A stretch of 64,000 nt of DNA, taken from contig MU053561.1 of assembly GCA_013239625.1 (NCBI GenBank), positions 64,826 to 128,825 of the forward strand. Direction: 5' to 3'. Within the stretch, counting starts at the first letter, position 1. Each line of letters opens with the position of its first letter. The position numbers and the translations under genes were made by a program. Positions 14,201-25,992 of this stretch are shown piece after piece. The notes below the pieces were generated by a model, which searched no databases, was not told the origin of the DNA, and saw only the letters and a list, made by a program, of their open reading frames with translations. This DNA is from Lama guanicoe. Its lineage: Eukaryota.

Positions 14201-14679
14201 ATGAGTCAATGAATGGCCAAAGTGTTAATGCAGATGAGGTAAGCATTTGAGACAGGAATTTACAATGCCTATTTTTTCAACTGCATTAGACTTCTTTGAT
14301 CAGTGTGTCAACCTGGATGTACATAACTAATAGGAAGAAGAAGTGGTTTGTGATAAGTTCTTGCAGAAGTATAAATGATGGAGACACACTTAAGAAGAAG
14401 GTTGAAAGTGGTTTAGAAATTAAATCAGGTGCCAGGATTTAGTTTTAGATTTGTGTCCCAGTGATTGAAAGAAAAGATCTTAAGTATTCAAAAATTTCCT
14501 TGTCCCGCAGGTAAGTATTTTAAGCTATTTAAAAGCTCTCAAAACCAGAAGAGTTGTGTTAGTCAAAACCAGGAAAAAAAGTTGGTTTTGATCAAGTATT
14601 TCACAAAATGTTAAAGTAATTATGGTAGCTATAGGAAAGTTGCTTTAACAATTTAATGTAATTAAATACATGAAGTGGA

Positions 14680-15370
14680 AAATTTACCATTTTAACCATC
14701 TTTAAGTATATAGTTCAATGCCATTAAGTACATTCACATTGTTGTGCAACCATCCATCTCTAGAACTTTTCCCCAACTGACTCTGTATCCATTAAACACT
14801 AATTCCCCATCCTCCATGCCCCCCACAGCCTCTGGCAACCACCATTCTACTCTCTCTGAATTTGACTGCTCGAGGTACCTCATATAAGTGGAATCATATA
14901 ATATGCATCCTTTTGAGACTGGTTTATTTCACCTAGTATAACGTCCATAAAGTTCATCCATGTTGTAACATGTGTCAGAATTTCCTTCCTATTTAAGGCT
15001 GAATAATATTCTATTGTGTGTACATACCAATTTTGATTATCCATTCACCTGTCAATGGACACTTCCATTGTTTCTACCTTTTGGCTGTTGTGAGCAATAT
15101 GATATGAATGTGGGTGTAAATATGTCTGGTCAAGTCCCTGCTTTCACTTATTTTGGGTATATATGTAGAATCTGAATTACTGGATCATATAATAATTCTA
15201 TGCTCAATTTTTTAAAGAATTGTCATACCATTTTCCACTGTGGCGACACTGTTTTATATTCCTAACCAGCTATACACAGAGTTTCCAATTGCTCCACATC
15301 CTGGCCAACATATGTTATTTTCTGGTTTTGTTTTGTTTTGTTTTAATAGCCATCCTAATGGGTGTGATGT
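14680..15370 (-). mobile_element. L1M 3' end fragment
   Basis: cattaagtacattcacattgttgtgcaacc...aatagccatcctaatgggtgtga. Confidence 0.8.
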
Positions 15371-16299
15371 TTAAAAAATTTTTGACCAAGGACACAAATA
15401 TTGGTTACAACTATCTAATGAATGAAATCTTCCTACTTTCTTCCTACTTCTACTCCCAAAACGATGAGGAAATGCACAAGCATGCCTTTAAGGATGTCAG
15501 TAAGCTGAGAAGGAGGAGTTAGCACATACCATATGTACAGATACGGACACACACAGACTATGTTCATACCAAGACTCCCACAGAACTGTTTAATAATAGC
15601 TTGGCCAATGTAGTCCTTGTTTCTCTCACTTTATTTACATTTCCCCCTTCCCTGCTATACACATTTCTTAAAGTTCACAGAAGTAAAATATAGGGGAAAA
15701 AATGCAGCAGCTAACTACACAAGGTATCCAACTATAAAAGGAAAACAGAGTCAGGTCTGTTAAATATAAGAAGAAAACCATTCACTCTGCTACAGCAGCT
15801 GCAACAGTCACTGTAGACAGTAATCTGAGAAGGTGTACCCTCTAGCATGTGTCTCCAGGTATGCAGGACAGTTAATCATCCTTTACATTTATTTAACATC
15901 TAACACACTAAACGTGTTTACATAGAGGGAAGAGGGCAGGGCAGGAATTCATGCCTCTATTTTAGGAAACTAAAGCTCTAAGAAGTTAAGAGTCAGGCCA
16001 AAGATGTGCACTAGGAAAAGGCAGATTTAGAATTCAAGTTCTCTGTTTGAGTCCAAAACTTATGTCCCTATATTTCAATATTCCTCAAAGATACTTTTCT
16101 TTCTGTAATAGCGTTCCACTGGTTCAAGTCAAGGTTCCTAAATCATGGAGCCTGATGGAATTCCTCTGAGACTTCAGCGAACTTTTGGGTGCTTAGCACA
16201 CTAAGTAGCATGTATATTGTTACTCATCATATTTCCCAAAGCCTAAAGACATTAGGGTAGGGCTAAAGAAAATTAGTCATTGAGCAAAAGGAAATTTAA

Positions 16300-16470
16300 T
16301 GAAAAGAGTAGATCTTATAAGTTCTCATCACAAGAAAAAAAATTTTTTTGAACTATGTGGAATGATGGATGTTAGCCAGACTTACTGTGGTGATCATCTC
16401 ACAATATACATATATCAAATCATTATGTTGTACACTTGAAACTACTATATTAATTATATCTCTATTAAAA
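16300..16470 (+). mobile_element. L1M 3' terminal fragment
   Basis: agagtagatcttataagttctcatcacaag...atcattatgttgtacacttgaaact. Confidence 0.7.
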
Positions 16471-19400
16471 AGAAATATAGGTCTTAAAAAATAAACTGAA
16501 TTTAGAATCAGACCAAGTGACCAGGTGTTAAACCGAGATGACAAAGAAGTTTGAAATATAACCAATCACAGTCATAAGAATAATTTTTGTGAAAGTAAAG
16601 GACTTACCACTAAATAAGATATTTTATTTAAAAGGTAACATACCTAGCCTTTTTTTTTTTTGAAGGAACATCTGTACTTGAGAGTAACGGTAACTTTGCT
16701 GCAATAGGGATACTTGGATTATACGATGTTATTTACATATGGGGCAAACTAAAATAAAGAATTGAGACAAATAGGACAAATGGCCCCAAATCCACTACTG
16801 AGGAAGAAGAAACTGATTTGGAATAAAAAATGGTCCAGACTGAATGTGTTTAGTAATCTGACTAACCTGGGTAATTTTGCCATCTCTCAATTTACCACAA
16901 TGATGGCAAATATTTCCTGAGGACTTACTACCATGTGATAGGCACTGTGCTGATGTCAACTAATCCACTCATTTGATCCTCCTCCAGACCCTATATTACA
17001 ACACCCTCTTCAGCTCAGAGAAATTGAAGTTTTGGTCCAAGTTAACTTAGGTAGCAAGTGGTAGAATCAAGACACCATCTCAGGTCTATCTGACTCATAA
17101 GAACTCTTAACTATTATGCCCAGTGACAGCAGAATAGCAGAAATAATGAAAATTTGGTAGGCAAGTAAAGTCAGTCCTCTGCTTACCCTGATTTTAAAAA
17201 CTGAGCTGCAAAAATAAACTATGTGTAAACTTCAAAGTTTGCTTAGGAAAACATCCAATCTCAAAGATGAGAAACCACAGCTCAAAAAAGTCAGGCATTT
17301 TAAGGGCCCAAAAACAATGGAACACAACTCTTTCAACTCCTATCTAAAGGCCAAGTCCACTTTAACCTTCCTACATCAATTATGTCATATTTAAACATTG
17401 ACTTTAGTCAGGATGATAATAACATTCAGTTTCTCCTGATGCTTTTATTATTGGATCTGGCCTTGTCAGATTTTAATTTCCATTCTTAGAATGGAATCTT
17501 AAATCTTTTAAAAAGCAAATCTTGAGCAGTAATAAGTTCACACAAGCTTAACAAGTGAGCAGTCATCATGTGGCAAAACACAGCGGATGGTGGTTTTGTG
17601 TGCTGTTCAGGGATCGGGTGTTTACTGTACAGAAAGGGATTTCAGAAATTCCAGGGTTGGGCATATTTCTAGCGGCGGCACACTCGGCTATCATGAGAAG
17701 ATGCAGGATTAGATAATCAACAACATCGAGAAAGTCAGCCAAGTTGCCACCCAGAAATTATTCACCAGAGCAGCTGCAGTTCAGAAATGCTAACAAGCCA
17801 GTCTCCCTGGGAGTGGGCCATGCTCAGCTGTAGACCACTTACAGTGTTTCCTCACTTTACTTTGCTCCAGAATCACAAGCTGTATGTGCTGCGATGGTTT
17901 CTCCCTTCCTTGTTTTATGTATTAATTGTCTACCCCAAAATTGAACCTACAATTAATATCTGCTACCAAGAGGGGGCAGTGGTACCTAACTGTGTAGGTA
18001 TATTCCCCAGTTGTTCTAGGTGGAGGGTAAGTAGCTTCTTCCTGTGTGTTTAATTTACAAAAATTGAAGCCTAAAGGATAGTTTAACTTAAACATTCAAC
18101 AAGAAATATAGACAGTCTCACAGAACCAACTCTTATGTATAACTGAATACTATTTTATCAATCTATAGCTAAGTGTGAGTCTTAACATTATTTCTGAATT
18201 CTCTGAACAGCTTGAGAGAAATCCTTAACTCCTTTTTATTTACTTGCTTTGAAGCTGATACTTAAGTTTTTATATAACTCTCTAACTCTCACAATTTCTC
18301 TTAAAATTAAACACCTTTATATCTTCCTTTACAATTAAGAATTATGTCTATCTACTTTAGTCTCTCCCTCAGTCAGCTACACAAAGGAGGACTTGCCACT
18401 TGGAAAGAAAGAGACAGAACCCTCTCTCCAGTTCTTTTCTCCTGAAGTTTCCCTATTTCCCTTCTCTGTAGTCATCATGGCGGAATGCTTGATTGTCTTT
18501 CACTAAGACAGTAATTTTTCACTCTTTAAAAATATCTCAACGAAAATCTGCAGTAGTAAAAATATGTGAAATGATAAGATAATTACTATTCACAATAGAT
18601 TTTTATTCCATGTATTTCACAAATGTCTGTTTTCTTTAAGAGAAGCATGCACACGAGCACCCAAATTATTGCAGATTCTAACTTAGTTGGGTGTGATTTG
18701 ATACTTTTACTATATTTAAAGAAGAGTCCTTCCAACACGAAACAACAACAAAAAAAATCAAGCTAAGTTTAGTCACAGAACAGGGCTCTGAATTCTTATC
18801 TGAACTACCTGACTTACCATGTGATGCACTGCCCATCACTCTCCGTGTCTCTTTGCCAATGTGGCTGCTAATTAATCGTCCTGACCTTGTGGAGTCACAA
18901 AGGCACTAAGAAGGATGAATGTACAACACATTCATGGAAATATGAGGGTGAGGTTAAAAGAACCAAACCTCTTTCTCATTTTAAAATATCAGAGTAACTA
19001 CTACTACTAGTAGGCATATAACTACTACCTTTCATATATGTATGATGCTATGAAGTTTACAAAGTTCTTTGATATAAGTCTTCTTATTTAACCTTTCTGG
19101 CTGCTATTTATTCATACTCTCAACAAATAGTCTTCAGTGCCTACGGTGCTGTGCGTTATTCTTAATGCCAGTTCTACAGGGACTGGAACAGGCTTAGAGA
19201 GGCTAAGTGACTCGCCCAGGTCCCTAACTGTCCAGGGCTCCTGACTTCTGGTTTGTTAATCCCTTGTCCTTCCAACAAAACAGGACTGCCCTGGTTTCTA
19301 TCAATCCCTCATCATTATATAGGGTGATAAGCTAATTTCAACCATAATGTTAATGATTGATAATGGCTTTATGTGTTCAGCTTCCCAAATAAGGGCATTT

Positions 19401-20844
19401 TTACCCAAAGCGGTTGGTGACTCCCAAATAATCACAGCCAAATGGGATGAGTAATGTGAGAGGTGAGTGGGACAAAAACATGGAGAGAAGGGAAAGGAGG
19501 GAACAGTAGTTTGAGATTCCTCAAATCATATGATGCCAGTAGCTGCCTGACTACTCGGCATTTAAGACCAGGAAGAAACAGGGCCATTTCTACCTCCTGA
19601 GTGGGAATGGAGTCTAACAAGGGTTGTCACCTCTGCATGTGACGGTGTCCTGTAGCCCACTTCCCCCGCTCTGCCTCCATGCAATTCCTATGATCTTCTT
19701 AATCACATTTCTCCAGGAGAGTAACACTGCCCTTTCACACCCGCCCAAAGTGTTCCCTGGAGAGCAGAGGGTGAGACAAAATGACTCAAGCAGTCATTTG
19801 ATTGAAGCTAAAAAAATTCCTTTCCTCAAATTATCTAAGCAATTGCCCCTTCATTCTGCCTTGCTTTGGAATGAATGGGAAAACGTTCCTCCCTCTGCAC
19901 AAGGAACAAATTCATTCACTACGCCTACGCCGAGGCAAATACTGCCACTCGTACTCCCCTCCACCATCCCTCTGAGTTACCCACCCTCACTTGGCAATGC
20001 CCTCCTTGACCCCTGGCCCCTGGCAGCTCCATTAAGGCACACTTACTACAGAGACATAAAAGACGAAAGATGAGTCTGGGTCAATTTCAGGGAAATACAA
20101 GTTAAAACATGGAAGTCTAGGAAAGACAGAGAATAGGGCTAAGTCCCTCAGATTTAGCTGTTCATCTTGGTTGAATTTAACAGTGGTTTGGGTCTCACAG
20201 CCGCCAGCTTTTCCTCTGATCCATGGTATTACCTAGCAGCCTGCAATGCCACCCAACCTTCTCGACAGGACAGGGCACACACAGATACTGATAGTAAGTG
20301 TATAGTCCTCTGGTGTAAACAGCTGGAGATTTAGAATCTCTGATGAAGTCAGAGGCCTTCAGCTCCAGGTCACTCAGGCCACTTCAGGTCCTGTTGCCCA
20401 GACACTAAGAAAGCCAAGGAAACCAACAATGTGGTAACCAGTTGGGAAGCTTAATCTTTGTAACCCCACTGTCCTTTTACCAAGGTGCTGTCTCATCTCA
20501 CCCTCAACTCAGCCAATCCTCTCCATCTTCCTTCCCCACCTCACTCACCCATCAATCAAGACAGCCCTCCCTTCCAGGGAAGACGCTATTCCTGCTCCCA
20601 CCCCACCCAAGGCGAGCCGCTGCTGTTCCTTCCATCAGTACCCTTTTCTTCATTTGAAGGTGAACTATCTTTAAAGATGAAAATGCCTAAGATTCTACCA
20701 TAAAAGCTCATCTGCATAACCATCTTCAAAAACAAACATGAATTTCTCAAGGAACAGAAGTGTCCTCAGCCCCTGCCCTTTTCTCCGGAGCATCATTCCC
20801 TGCCCCCAGTGAGCCGGACCTACAAGGGCCCTTCTCTAAGCAGA

Positions 20845-21020
20845 GGTGTGACTTGAAAACTACCTGCTCCAGTCACCTCCGGGGCTTGCTGAAAAATGCA
20901 GATTCCTAAGCTCTCCCTCCCTTACTAAATCAGACTCCTTGGGGGCGAGGCATGGAATCTGCCCTTTGCACCAGCTCCCAAGGTGACTGTTCTACACAGT
21001 TCCACACCAGAGTTTGAGCT
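20845..21020. mobile_element. MER5-like hAT MITE
   Basis: gcttgctgaaaaatgcagattcct...ctaaatcagactc...ggaatctgc. Confidence 0.6.
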
Positions 21021-21099
21021 GATAGAATCCAGCTCCCTCTCTTTACAGAGTAGGAAAGCAGGAAAAACAGGCACAGAAGAGGGGAAATGGGCTTGTCCA

Positions 21100-21660
21100 A
21101 GGTCACCCGGCCTGGACCCCGCCTCCCTCGCTGACTGGCACAGCACAGCGCGCTCGGAACAGCGATGGAGCGACGGCGGGTCCTCCAGCAGCCCCGCCGG
21201 CCGGCGCCGCGGCCCCCAGCACTCACCCGCTTGTAGACGTCCTCCCGGCTGGCCTCATACTTCTGCTGCATGCGCTCCTCCAGGAAGTAGATGCGCAGCT
21301 TGAGGCTGAAGTTCTCCTTCTTCAGGTCATTGAGGTGCTGGGACAGAGTGCGATATCCATTAGACATGGTGGGCAACCCATGGGGAGGAGCATGCCCTGT
21401 CGCCCCCTCACCCCAGGAACGTGGTGCCGCTGCACCCGGGCATGAAGCGAGCCGGCTGCCACGCTGCCCAGGCTACGGCGACATGGCCCTGACGGCGGGC
21501 GCTCTCTCCCGGACGAGGGACTGGGCTCACTGCTCTGGGTGCCGGAGCGCAGCGCACTTTCCTTTTTTACCGCCGGAGATATTTGCGGAATCCCCGACAG
21601 AGGAACATGCTGCGTGAACTCAGACACAAGTGGTGTAACCCGACTCCAGGCTAGGACTCG
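21100..21660 (-). promoter_or_regulatory. PDE4DIP: CpG island / promoter and 5' leader of the MSNGY isoform
   Basis: Dense CpG and high GC around the exon, compared with CpG-depleted flanks. Confidence 0.75.
21227..21367 (-). CDS. PDE4DIP: PDE4DIP CM1 (centrosomin motif 1/gamma-TuNA) exon: first exon from ATG 21367, or internal exon 21227-21337
   Basis: Translates to MSNGYRTLSQHLNDLKKENFSLKLRIYFLEERMQQKYEASREDVYKR, the myomegalin N-terminus. Kozak cccaccATG, donor CGG|gtgagt, internal acceptor ctctgtcccag|CAC. Confidence 0.95.
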
Positions 21661-22781
21661 GCCTTCACCCTCCCTGAGCCTCCTAGGCCCAACTGTAGGC
21701 AGTTACCAGTTTCTTGGAAAAGAGAAGGGGGCTGACTCCCAGAAGTTTCCAGGAGATGGAGAATGGGAGTAATTCAAGGTGATGGTGAAGTTGCCAAAAA
21801 GAGAAGGAAATGACGGTGTCTGTGTGTGTATGTAAGCTCCTGGTGGCTGATTTACACAACAAAACCAATGGAATGTGGCCAGAAGAGAGAAATAAGGTTG
21901 TTACAGAGAAAAGCATAAACACACAAAATGGTGCCCAGGTGTCAACTATCCCCTTTCTGTCAGGTGCAAATCTTTGAGCAACTAACCAGAGAGGGCTCTA
22001 ATTTCCTTAGATGATCCAATAGCTCACCTCTAATCAGGTCCTTCCCAGTTTTTCTCCCTAGACCTTTCAAGCCCTGAGGCAGTTAAATAAATGACCTTTA
22101 TTACCATGTCCCTTCCCTCCCCTCATACACACCAGCACCACCTCCAAAGAAAGAGAGAATCTTCTAGTTGGGTGGAATCTTTGCAAACTCTGTTTACCAG
22201 TTATACAAGCTCAAAGAGGCAAAGTCAAGGCTCCTCCCTCTAAGGAATGAGGAGAAAAAAGAGGGTGGGAGGTGAGGGAGGGCGGCGTCAGCCTGGAGCC
22301 CAGAGATTTCACCCAGTTACTAGTTCTTAACTCTGGCACCTGCCAAGTGGAGCCAGGCACTCATCACCAGATCCTGCTCGTGAAGCAATTTAAGATCCTT
22401 GAATGACAGCTGCAACATTAGCAGGAAGTATTATTTATACCACACCACACGGGACACTGAAGGTGACTGGGACACAACCCCACAGCACAGATACTAAACA
22501 CAGGTCTCAGTTGCAGTAATACCAAGTTGAAAAAAAAATTCATATTAACATCCAATATAAAGGAAAGAAAAAGTTTATACTTAATTCAAGTACTCACTTC
22601 CTCCGCAACCTGCCAGCTCTTCACTCTTCTAATTCTTTCTTAATTCTTCATAACAATTCCAATAAACATTCCCTTTTGTACCCATGTTGGGCATGTGACG
22701 TACAAAGATGAAGACAGTCTCAACCCTCCAAGAGCGAGGAGGCCATACAAATACAGGTGTGTGTGTTTTGCACTATAGTCC

Positions 22782-23008
22782 TCCAGCCATGTTATTCAAA
22801 CTGCTTACATTTTAAATTGCAACCTAGAATGTATGCACGTGCACGCACAGACACAAAACTGTCATACAAGTTCCGCACAGTCATGTTAACCTATGCACAA
22901 TGCGCTCTGATACGTTCTGTTCCATTTCTCCTTCTGGGAGTGACCCACTCACTGAATTGATTTCATGACCCACTAATTAGTTTTGTCGTAAAGTCTGAAA
23001 AACACTGA
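22782..23008. mobile_element. hAT-Charlie-type MITE
   Basis: ttgatttcatgacccactaat...agtctgaaaaacactg terminus. Confidence 0.5.
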
Positions 23009-23312
23009 ATCTGTGGGAACCCAGAAGAGTGATTTAATTCTTACCGGGGTGGTGAGAGAAAGAAAGCGTCAACTAGGAGTTGCACTTGGCACTTTGCTTT
23101 GAAAGACAGAAAAGTTTTGAGTGAATAAAGTGGCCTCAGGAGGGCATTATTAGAACAGAGCATTCTCTCCGATAGGTTGGGATTATAAATAGGCAACACA
23201 TTTCTTACCATAGACTATTGGTAACATAAAGCAACATATTCCTCATTTTAAAAAAAGAAGTACACATTTAAAAGGCACTGAGCTGTTTTCCTTAAATCTG
23301 TGCTCTTAGAAT

Positions 23313-23335
23313 GTATGTGCTGCCGAAGCGAGCAC
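23313..23335 (-). pseudogene. U6 snRNA 5' fragment retrocopy (tailless), 15-bp TSD
   Basis: The reverse complement GTGCTCGCTTCGGCAGCACATAC matches U6 nt 1-22 exactly. Flanked by ctgtgctcttagaat at 23298-23312 and 23336-23350. Confidence 0.92.
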
Positions 23336-24949
23336 CTGTGCTCTTAGAATAAGTGAATGCCATCCAGGCTTAGTTAGAAACAGTGAGGGAGAGAAAAGTC
23401 TAAATTAGAACTCAAGAAGATCCTTTTCTGGTCCCAGCTCTGTTACTAAATAGCTATATGACCTGGGAGTGCACTTCTCCAGAGGCCTAACTGTCCTCAT
23501 TTATAAAATGAAGTGGTTGGAAACTAGGTGATTTTTAAGGACCTTTCCAGGTCTAAGCTCCTAGAGGAATAACCTAGTTATTCTTACCTCCATTTTGCAC
23601 AGGGGGAACCAGGTGCCAGATTCTAGCTTAGAGTTTAATCATGCTTTTGATGCCTACTTGGATTCTTTCATCATGTAAGATAACTTAATAGAATTTTTAT
23701 CGGAAGTGAAATGACATATGAATGCAGGTGTTCTCATCCAACCTAGATATTGCTTTCTCATCTAACCTAGGTATTTCAGCACATGAATGCCTGTTTCCTC
23801 TCATGCCCTATGATCCTTTCATCCCTGCCTCTCTGGCTTCTTCTCTGTTATTTGCTGGCTCTTTAAAATAAGTGCTTAAGTGATGATTAGTCCTTAGCCT
23901 TCTGATTCTTTTCTCTTTATACTTTCTCTTTCAGAGTTTGTCCACTTTTAGGGCAATCACTTTTGCCTCCCAAACAATCCCCAAATCTCCAACTGAGTTC
24001 TCTTACACAAAACCTAGCCCTACGTGTCCATCTCTTTGCGAGACAGCTCAACTTGAATGTGCTGTTCTCACAACAAACCTCATAGCAAAATCTTTGGCTA
24101 CAGTTATCTATCATGTCTTCCAGAATTCATCCAGTCATCTCTTCTCAGTATTATAGATTTAAAAAAAACAGCATTATTTTGAAAACATTATTTTCAAACT
24201 CAATCTTATCCTGTCATCTCCCTCCCTTAAAACCCTTCACAGGCATCTCTTCACTCTTAGAATAAAAGAAAAACCCATCACAGCTTCTCAAGACACCCCA
24301 CCTTTTTTTTTCCCCCAAGTTCTTTTTTCAAGTTTAAATTTCACCTAAAGCCTCCCCTGCCACACCAGACTGGAAAGACTTCTTCCTCTTTTGAGCTCCT
24401 ACAGCAAGTATTAACATTTGGCAGGTGTTCATCTTCTCCCTCGTGGTACTGCTTTTCTCTTGTCCTGCAGGGTTACGTACACCTTTTAGAGCTATTAACT
24501 CTTCATGTGTTTATATCGCTCCGACTAGTGTAAGCCACCCAAGGGCCAATAATTTCAATGTCTATCTATAGTCCTTCAGCTCCCAAAGCAGCCAAGAAGA
24601 CCTCTCCAGTCAACTCATCCCATTGTGCAGTTTACAGTCACCTCAGTCAGACTCGAGTGTTTTGAGGACAGGCAAGGCATATTTGGTGTCTTTGTATTCT
24701 CACTGCACAACGTTTAGGAAGCGCTTCCTAAATATTTGTTGAATTAATGAGTAGATTAGTATTGCATATATTTCATCTTTTGTTGACGTGATGTGTTAAA
24801 TATGGGCTAGCTGGTATTACTCTCAATAACCTTCCAATAATATAGAAAGATTTGTTTTAATAGTCCCAAAGAAGCCACATCTGCTAGAATGGCTACTGTA
24901 GAAAAATGATGTTTTGTTCACTTAAATTTCCAAGTTTATATGCCCATTT

Positions 24950-25992
24950 TGACCTTTCTCCAAAACTCCAATCTGTATCTAACTTCCTAGTAGAAATCTC
25001 CTCTCAAACAGAGATATCTCATACTTGTGGTATATTAGACTGAGTCCCTGATCTTTCCCAGGGCATATGTTCCTTCCCCATTGGACCCCGCTTCACTTGT
25101 AACCTCTCAATATTTGCAGTTGCTTGGGCCCAAACCTTTGAGTTATTCTTGGCCCTTCTTTCTCCTACACATCATTTCAACTGTCTATAAATCTTATTAT
25201 TTTTACTTCCAACTCATATAGACTCCATCTACCACCACTTCCACTGGAACCTCCGCCACTCAGGCCGAAGATACTGTGCTCTCTCCCCTCAATTATTTGA
25301 AGAGCCACTTAACTGGTCTGCTGCTCTCAACCTTGGTCCCCAATAGTGGATTCTTAGCACAGCAGCCACAGTGAAACTTAACATATGTCAGATTACTCCT
25401 CTGCTGGAAACCCCCAATGGCTTCCCAACTAACCGAGGGAGAAGAGCTAAACTGTCCCATTAGCCCATAGCCCATAAGGCCCAAGGCCCAGCATAATCTG
25501 GAGCCTCTCCCTTTGCCCTCTCTTTTGTTATTTTTTCCTACTACTCCCTCCTACACTCTGCTCTAACCACGCTGTTTCTTTTTACTGTTTCTCAAAAATA
25601 GCAGCACCCCCCTCCCAGGGCCTTTGAGCCTACTAATGTTCTGAGCGCAGGCTCTTTCTTTAGTTATGTGCATGATTCTCTTCCTCACCTTCAAGTCTTT
25701 GATCACATGTCACTTCCTCAGTGAGGTGACTGCCCTGTATAAAACTGTAAATCACCCTATGCATTCCAAATCTCCCTTCATTGTTTTTTTATCCCATAGC
25801 ACTATATTCTAAAATATTATATTTACATATTTATTCTGTTTCTTGTCCATCTCTCCCCACTAGCATGTGAACTCTACAAGAAAGTCACAGCGTTGGCCTG
25901 CTTTGTTCACTGCTGTATCAACAGTACCCAGATTGCTGCCCGGCATATAGTAGGTGCTCAATAAATACTTGTTGAATAAAAGAATGGATGAA
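24950..25992 (+). mobile_element. L2 remnant
   Basis: cttagcacagcagccacagtga...ctcctctgctggaaaccccc...atagtaggtgctcaataaatacttgttgaataaa. Confidence 0.7.

Noticed and set aside
18812..18820. Minus-strand ATG|GTAAGT as a possible alternative first-exon donor skipping CM1
   Set aside because: Similar donor matches recur by chance (about 16602, 46201, 54251), and there is no promoter signature here.
20930..21226. ORF continuation past the CM1 donor (VSAGGRGAG...)
   Set aside because: Read-through into GC-rich intron and a MER5-like element after a strong CGG|gtgagt donor.
23731..23775. Short imperfect tandem duplication (24-bp period); a similar one lies at 53016-53052
   Set aside because: Ordinary slippage-type duplications with no functional cue.
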